Positions 26,657 through 32,118 of a stretch of DNA of 32,118 nucleotides are shown in pieces; the stretch's first letter is position 1, and every line of letters begins with the position of its first letter. This DNA is from Peduovirus P24B2: the sequence record NC_049387.1, one strand, 5' to 3'. A model generated the notes under the pieces. That model worked only from the letters and a program-made list of their open reading frames with translations, was not told where the DNA came from and made no database searches. Position numbers and translations under genes: made by a program.

Positions 26657-28955
26657 AGCCTCCGGGCATTTTGTCCCTCCGTCAGCATTTGCCGCAGGCA
26701 CCGGTAAGACGTTTACCGGTGCTTATGCATGGAACGCGCCACGCGAGGCCGTCGGGCGCGAAAGACCCCTTACACGTGACGAGATGCGTCAGGTGCAAGG
26801 TGTTTTATCCACGATTAACCGCCTGCCTTACTTTTTGCGCTCGCTGTTTACTTCACGCTATGACTACATCCGGCGCAATAAAAGCCCGGTGCACGGGTTT
26901 TATTTCCTCACATCCACTTTTCAGCGTCGTTTGTGGCCGCGCATTGAGCGTGTGAATCAGCGCCATGAAATGAACACCGACGCGTCGTTGCTGTTTCTGG
27001 CAGAGCGTGAGCACTATGCGCGCCTGCCGGGAATGAATGACAAGGAGCTGAAAAAGTTTGCCGCCCGTATCTCATCGCAGCTTTTCATAATGTATGAGGA
27101 ACTCTGCGATGCCTGGGTGGATGCGCATGGCGAGAAAGAATCGCTGTTTACGGATGAGGCGCAGGCTCACCTGTATGGTCATGTTGCTGGCGCTGCACGT
27201 GCTTTCAATATTTCCCCGCTCTACTGGAAAAAATACCGTAAAGGGCAGATGACCACGAGGCAGGCATATTCTGCCATTGCCCGTCTGTTTAACGATGAGT
27301 GGTGGACTCATCAGCTTAAAGGCCAGCGTATGCGCTGGCATGAGGCGTTACTGATTGCTGTCGGGGAGGTCAATAAAGACCGTTCTCCTTATGCCAGTAA
27401 ACATGCCATTCGTGATGTGCGTGCGCGCCGCCAGGCAAATCTGGAATTTCTTAAATCGTGTGACCTTGAAAACAGGGAAACCGGCGAGCGCATCGACCTT
27501 ATCAGTAAGGTGATGGGCAGTATTTCTAATCCAGAAATTCGCCGGATGGAGCTGATGAACACCATCGCCGGTATTGAGCGTTACGCTGCCGCAGAGGGTG
27601 ATGTGGGGATGTTTATCACGCTGACCGCGCCGTCAAAGTATCACCCGACTCGTCAGGTCAGAAAAGGCGAAAGTAAAACCGTCCAGCTAAATCACGGCTG
27701 GAATGATGAGGCATTTAATCCAAAGGATGCGCAGCGTTATCTCTGCCGTATCTGGAGCCTGATGCGCACGGCATTCAAGGATAATGATTTACAGGCCTAC
27801 GGTTTGCGTGTTGTTGAACCACACCACGACGGAACGCCGCACTGGCATATGATGCTTTTTTGTAATCCACGCCAGCGTAACCAGATTATTGAAATCATGC
27901 GTCGCTACGCGCTCAAAGAGGATGGAGACGAAAGAGGAGCCGCGCGAAACCGTTTTCAGGCAAAACATCTTAACCGGGGCGGTGCTGCGGGGTATATCGC
28001 GAAATACATCTCAAAAAATATCGACGGCTATGCACTGGATGGTCAGCTCGATAATGATACCGGCAGACCGCTGAAAGATACTGCCGCGGCTGTTACCGCA
28101 TGGGCGTCAACGTGGCGCATCCCGCAATTTAAAACGGTTGGTCTGCCGACAATGGGGGCTTACCGTGAACTACGCAAATTGCCTCGCGGCGTCAGCATTG
28201 CTGATGAGTTTGACGAGCGCGTCGAGGCTGCACGCGCCGCTGCAGACAGTGGTGATTTTGCGTTGTATATCAGCGCGCAGGGCGGGGCAAATGTCCCGCG
28301 CGATTGTCAGACTGTCAGGGTCGCCCGTAGCCCGTCGGATGAAGTTAACGAGTACGAGGAAGAAGTCGAGAGAGTGGTCGGCATTTACGCGCCGCATCTC
28401 GGCGCGCGTCATATTCATATCACCAGAACCACGGACTGGCGCATTGTGCCGAAAGTGCCGGTCGTTGAGCCTTTGACTTTAAAAAGCGGCATCGCCGCGC
28501 CTCGGAGTCCTGTCAATAACTGTGGAAAGCTCACCGGTGGTGATACTTCGTCACCGGCTCCCACGCCTTCTGAACACGCCGCAGCAGTGCTTAATCTGGT
28601 AGATGACGGTGTTATTGAATGGAATGACCCGGTGGTCGTGAGGGCGCTCAGAGGCGCATTAAAATACGGCCTGAGAAGACCAAACCGTCAGCAAAGAAAC
28701 GGAATACCGTTAAAACCGCATGAAATAGCACCATCGGCCAGGCTGACCCGGTCAGAACGAATGCAAATTACCCGTATCCGTGTTGACCTTGCTCAGAACG
28801 GTATCAGGCCTCAGCGATGGGAGCTTGAGGCGCTGGCGCGTGGGGCGACCGTAAATTATGACGGGAAACAATTTACGTATCCGGTTGCTGATGAGTGGCC
28901 GGGATTTTTACAAACAGAAATTGTTTTTGGGATTAATAAGTTATCTCTAAGCTAA
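26646..28955 (+). CDS. A: replication initiation protein A (rolling-circle endonuclease)
   Basis: ORF 26604..28955; start placed at MAVKASGHFVPPSAFAAG as in P2 gpA; contains HWHMMLF and YIAKYISK-type segments consistent with HUH-type initiator motifs. Confidence 0.9.
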   Translation: MAVKASGHFVPPSAFAAGTGKTFTGAYAWNAPREAVGRERPLTRDEMRQVQGVLSTINRLPYFLRSLFTSRYDYIRRNKSPVHGFYFLTSTFQRRLWPRIERVNQRHEMNTDASLLFLAEREHYARLPGMNDKELKKFAARISSQLFIMYEELCDAWVDAHGEKESLFTDEAQAHLYGHVAGAARAFNISPLYWKKYRKGQMTTRQAYSAIARLFNDEWWTHQLKGQRMRWHEALLIAVGEVNKDRSPYASKHAIRDVRARRQANLEFLKSCDLENRETGERIDLISKVMGSISNPEIRRMELMNTIAGIERYAAAEGDVGMFITLTAPSKYHPTRQVRKGESKTVQLNHGWNDEAFNPKDAQRYLCRIWSLMRTAFKDNDLQAYGLRVVEPHHDGTPHWHMMLFCNPRQRNQIIEIMRRYALKEDGDERGAARNRFQAKHLNRGGAAGYIAKYISKNIDGYALDGQLDNDTGRPLKDTAAAVTAWASTWRIPQFKTVGLPTMGAYRELRKLPRGVSIADEFDERVEAARAAADSGDFALYISAQGGANVPRDCQTVRVARSPSDEVNEYEEEVERVVGIYAPHLGARHIHITRTTDWRIVPKVPVVEPLTLKSGIAAPRSPVNNCGKLTGGDTSSPAPTPSEHAAAVLNLVDDGVIEWNDPVVVRALRGALKYGLRRPNRQQRNGIPLKPHEIAPSARLTRSERMQITRIRVDLAQNGIRPQRWELEALARGATVNYDGKQFTYPVADEWPGFLQTEIVFGINKLSLS

Positions 28956-29077
28956 GACGCTCAAAGCAAGAGATTATTTTACTGTACGTAGCCATCTGGA
29001 ATTGTGGCTGTGTTAAAACGCTCGAGATTTTTTGGATATCCAGTTATACTCCGCTTAGAAATCATTCGGAGACTAAG

Positions 29078-30125
29078 ATGGCGGTAAAAGTTGTTGATCT
29101 TTTTTGCGGTGCTGGCGGTTTAACGCACGGCTTACATTTGGCCGGATTGGACGTTGTCGCAGGCATTGATTTAGAAGGTGAGTGTCGTGTTGCATACGAA
29201 AGCAATAATGATGCACTTTTTATTGAAAAAGATATATCTCTGGTGACAAAAGATGAAATCGAAAATCTTTTTGAAGGGGCAAGTGTTAAAGTATTGGCCG
29301 GATGTGCACCTTGTCAGCCATTTTCTAAATATACTCAGGGAAAAGATAAAAAAAATGATAAAAAGTGGCCGTTATTATATGAGTTTGAACGTTTAATAAA
29401 AGACACGAAACCAGAAATAGTTACAATGGAAAACGTTCCTGATGTGACAAAACATTCTGTCTATGATGATTTTTATAATACCTTAATAGCATTGGGTTAT
29501 TATGTTTGGGCAAATAAGATTGAATGTGTAGATTTTGAGGTTCCGCAAAACAGAGTGAGGCATGTATTACTCGCATCTAAATTTGCGCCGATTTCTCTGA
29601 TGAAACCACAAACATCGGTAAAGCTGACAGTTAGGGATTGCATTGGTAATTTACCTTCGATTGAAGCGGGACAAGCAGATCCAAAAGACCCTCTCCATAA
29701 GGCGAGTAGATTGAGTGAAATTAATCTCAAACGTATTCTACATTCAAAACCGGGGGGGGACATGGAGGGATTGGCCTGCTGAATTAATCGCTTCATGTCA
29801 TGCCAAGAAAAGTGGGCAGGGATATGCCAGTGTTTATGGTCGTATGTCTTGGGATAAACCGAGTCCAACGATAACTACACTTTGTTATGGTTTTGGTAAT
29901 GGACGTTTTGGTCATCCCGAGCAGCATCGTGCAATCTCACTTAGGGAAGCAGCATTACTTCAAACGTTTCCTGTTACATATTCATTTACCCAACCGGGCG
30001 AGCCGATCAAAATGAAAAATGTCGGGCGTATGATAGGTAATGCTGTTCCTGTAAACTTAGGTAAAGCGATTGGTCTTTCAATAGTACATCATTTGAAAGA
30101 GTTTCACCCCGCCGCTCTTAAATAA
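29078..30125 (+). pseudogene. DNA (cytosine-5) methyltransferase, Dcm-like, split by a frameshift in a G8 tract
   Basis: ORF 29078..29782 carries motif I (FCGAGG), motif IV (GCAPCQPFS), motif VI (ENV) and motif VIII (QNRVRH); ORF 29715..30125, in another frame, carries RMSWDKPSPTIT and motif X (GNAVPV); the frames meet at GGGGGGGG 29752-29759; SD GGAG upstream of the ATG; AT-rich. Confidence 0.8.
29752..29759 (+). repeat. homopolymeric G8 tract at the methyltransferase frameshift site
   Basis: cgggggggga read directly; loss of one G would fuse the two methyltransferase frames into a product of about 348 aa. Confidence 0.9.
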
Positions 30126-30823
30126 GCCTGAGTATCAAGATAAGTTTGTATATTTTCAAGGATGCAGTTGAGATAATGAAAAACTTCATCCTTCATTTCT
30201 GTTAGTGTATCAATAGATGTATCTCTGCCTTTGTTTCTAAATGATTCAGAACCATGAGCAAGGTCGTTTCTGGCCTTTTTTATTGGAAGTAAATTGCAAC
30301 CATTTCGCGTTATTTCTGAATCTGTATCTGCTGAGAAGCCATATTTTTCAGCGACTTCTCTAATTTTTCTAGCATCAACATTTCCAGAAAATAACGGATT
30401 TTTATTTGATTGGATAAGTTTTTTGTGAGCGTTTAGCCACTCTTTAAATATAACTTTTGCAATGTTCCCTTGTGAGAAATCTATTTTCCCATTTGGTGAT
30501 TGTAAACTATGAAATGCTACTCTTGTAAGGTTTTCATTTACAGTGTCTGCACATAATGATTCATTAGACATTAAAACATTATGAATGTCTTCTATTGCAT
30601 TGGAAATGGTTGCTTCAATGAGATTGTACAATATAATAAATGCATTAGCCTTTAAAATATGAGTCATGTCAATATCAATGGGTTGTTGTATAGGCGCATC
30701 GCTTGTATTCTCTTTATAGACTAGAGATGGTTTTTTGTTTATTAGTAACTGAATGAATGAGAAGTATTCATTAATATCTTGCATTCTTTCTTGGAAAAGA
30801 ATTTTACTTGTCATCTCCTCCAT
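30104..30823 (-). CDS. hypothetical protein, putative HEPN-like nuclease
   Basis: 239-aa ORF 10 bp downstream of the DUF262 gene on the same strand; C-terminal KKARNDLAHGSESF fits the R-x4-H(G) HEPN motif; very AT-rich; 3' end overlaps the methyltransferase 3' end by 22 nt (convergent). Confidence 0.5.
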   Translation of the reverse strand: MEEMTSKILFQERMQDINEYFSFIQLLINKKPSLVYKENTSDAPIQQPIDIDMTHILKANAFIILYNLIEATISNAIEDIHNVLMSNESLCADTVNENLTRVAFHSLQSPNGKIDFSQGNIAKVIFKEWLNAHKKLIQSNKNPLFSGNVDARKIREVAEKYGFSADTDSEITRNGCNLLPIKKARNDLAHGSESFRNKGRDTSIDTLTEMKDEVFHYLNCILENIQTYLDTQAYLRAAG

Positions 30824-30833
30824 TTACTTGGCC

Positions 30834-31979
30834 TCACTCCATATTTTCATCTTCATTTTCATCTTCGTCGACAATATTTTCTGGAATGTCTTTCCCAAGC
30901 AACTTGTTTTTTACATATTCAATGCGTGCTTTAACTTTGGGTTTAGAGTTGCTGGCATCTGAACGTGTGTGCGTGATAAACTCTTTCGAGTTGATCCAGT
31001 CATCAATATTTTTAGGAACTAAATTGGGTTCTTCCTCTAGTGCTAATGTTGCACCGACGGCAAGAGCTTCGAAACGAATCCTAGGAACAGTGGTGGCGTT
31101 TTTCACCTTTCTGAAACCATTTGGGAAATGTGTATTAATGAATTGGCACATTTTATGAAATTTTTCCGCCAGCATAGCTGCGTTTTCATCTGTATATTCG
31201 GCATTTTTACGTTTTAAATAGGTTGTAAGAAATTCATCAACGCTTTTTCTGAAATCAAGATATTCTTCAGTGTAGGCAAAGTAGCGTAGTGCCAATTCTG
31301 GATATTCAGAGCGACGTTTTCTTGCATCTCCCAAAGGACAGATGCTATGAAATAGAGGATCTTCGGAAATTTCATTGATAAATGCAAGGAATGGCCCATC
31401 ATGGCTACCTTGCCGTTGTTCCATTGTTGTTAGTTTTTTTCCGCCAGTATTCAGACGGTCAAAAATTTCCCTTCTTGTCTCTTCGTCACAATGTTCTGTA
31501 AGTTCAATCATTCGAATAGTTTTTCTATCAAAACGTAGGCGACGGGGAGTACTGAAATCAGAATATTTAAAACCATTGGCTGTGACTAATTTCTGCAGGC
31601 CTTCAAGAGTTAGTTTGTTATTGGTAAATTGGTGTAGGGTTCTTATTCGTTGGCTACCGTCAACAATTTCAAGTCTACCTTCATTTTCACCTGAACCAAT
31701 ATCGGCAACGAATATGTAAGGTATAGGAAGATTTAAAAGCAGAGATTCAATGAAACGGGATTTTTGCTTGTTGTTCCAGATAAACTCCCTTTGGTAGTCA
31801 GGTATAAAAAGCTCTGCCTCATCTTCTTCAAGACCATTCTGAAATTTGTCCACAATAACACTTATCGGGAACTCACGTATTTCATGGTCAGTGATTTTTT
31901 GCATTTCAACTATGCTTTGATCTAAAAGCTCCTTTTCTTCTTTAGTTTTTGGGGTATGTTCTGCTTTTTTTCTCGCCAT
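30834..31979 (-). CDS. DUF262 (ParB/sulfiredoxin-like, GmrSD N-terminal-type) domain protein
   Basis: 381-aa ORF with IPDYQREFIW and EIVDGSQRIRTL, matching the DUF262 hallmarks ([IL]PxFQRxYxW and DGQQR); no HNH/DUF1524-like C-terminal motif seen; acidic C-terminal tail DEDENEDENME; SD AGGA upstream; AT-rich. Confidence 0.7.
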   Translation of the reverse strand: MARKKAEHTPKTKEEKELLDQSIVEMQKITDHEIREFPISVIVDKFQNGLEEDEAELFIPDYQREFIWNNKQKSRFIESLLLNLPIPYIFVADIGSGENEGRLEIVDGSQRIRTLHQFTNNKLTLEGLQKLVTANGFKYSDFSTPRRLRFDRKTIRMIELTEHCDEETRREIFDRLNTGGKKLTTMEQRQGSHDGPFLAFINEISEDPLFHSICPLGDARKRRSEYPELALRYFAYTEEYLDFRKSVDEFLTTYLKRKNAEYTDENAAMLAEKFHKMCQFINTHFPNGFRKVKNATTVPRIRFEALAVGATLALEEEPNLVPKNIDDWINSKEFITHTRSDASNSKPKVKARIEYVKNKLLGKDIPENIVDEDENEDENME

Positions 31980-32118
31980 GAGCTTATTATCCTACTATGC
32001 GTGTGATTGCATTAAATTGCATGTTAAACAAAAGCATAATCTATATCAGTCAATCAGCCAGTGGCAAGGTGTTGTGATTACAATGCAACTGCATTAGAAC
32101 CGACTCATGAAGCGGGCG

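Noticed and set aside
29078-30125. Methyltransferase + DUF262 + HEPN read as a classical Type II restriction-modification system
   Set aside because: Neither minus-strand protein shows a recognisable PD-(D/E)xK or HNH restriction-endonuclease motif, and the methyltransferase is frameshifted yet the locus is apparently tolerated; a conventional R-M pair with a dead methylase would be self-toxic. A modification-dependent or abortive-infection role fits better, but remains unproven.
1-32118. CRISPR arrays, tRNA genes, insertion sequences or transposases
   Set aside because: I found no regularly spaced short direct repeats, no tRNA-like conserved segments and no transposase-like ORFs or terminal inverted repeats; the only mobile-DNA functions are the phage integrase and attP.

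Overview
This window reads as a complete, cos-to-cos genome of a P2-like temperate myovirus (Peduovirus-type), not an integrated prophage: ogr sits directly next to attP-int, and the first bases resemble the P2 cohesive end. Calls rest on my reading of the supplied ORF translations against remembered P2 proteins and motifs; no database search was run. The backbone is near-canonical P2: leftward P-Q packaging genes; rightward O-N-M-L head genes; X; the lysis cassette Y-K-lysA-lysB with embedded lysC; tail and baseplate genes R-S-V-W-J-I-H-G; FI-FII-E/E'-T-U-D; ogr; attP; int and C (leftward); cox-B-A (rightward). Two visibly AT-rich accessory loci sit where P2 carries Z/fun and tin/old. (1) Between G and FI: a 197-aa protein with one N-terminal hydrophobic helix and no recognisable motifs. 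(2) Between A and the right genome end: a Dcm-like C5-cytosine methyltransferase broken by a frameshift in a G8 tract, convergent with a two-gene operon encoding a DUF262/ParB-like protein followed by a putative HEPN-like protein. This operon is the best candidate for an uncharacterised defence system in the window. Also notable: a 911-aa mosaic tail fibre with three tandem ~93-aa repeats, the E/E' slippery heptamer, an attP with arm-type repeats and an IHF-consensus site, and a 16-bp motif shared between attP and the C/cox switch region.
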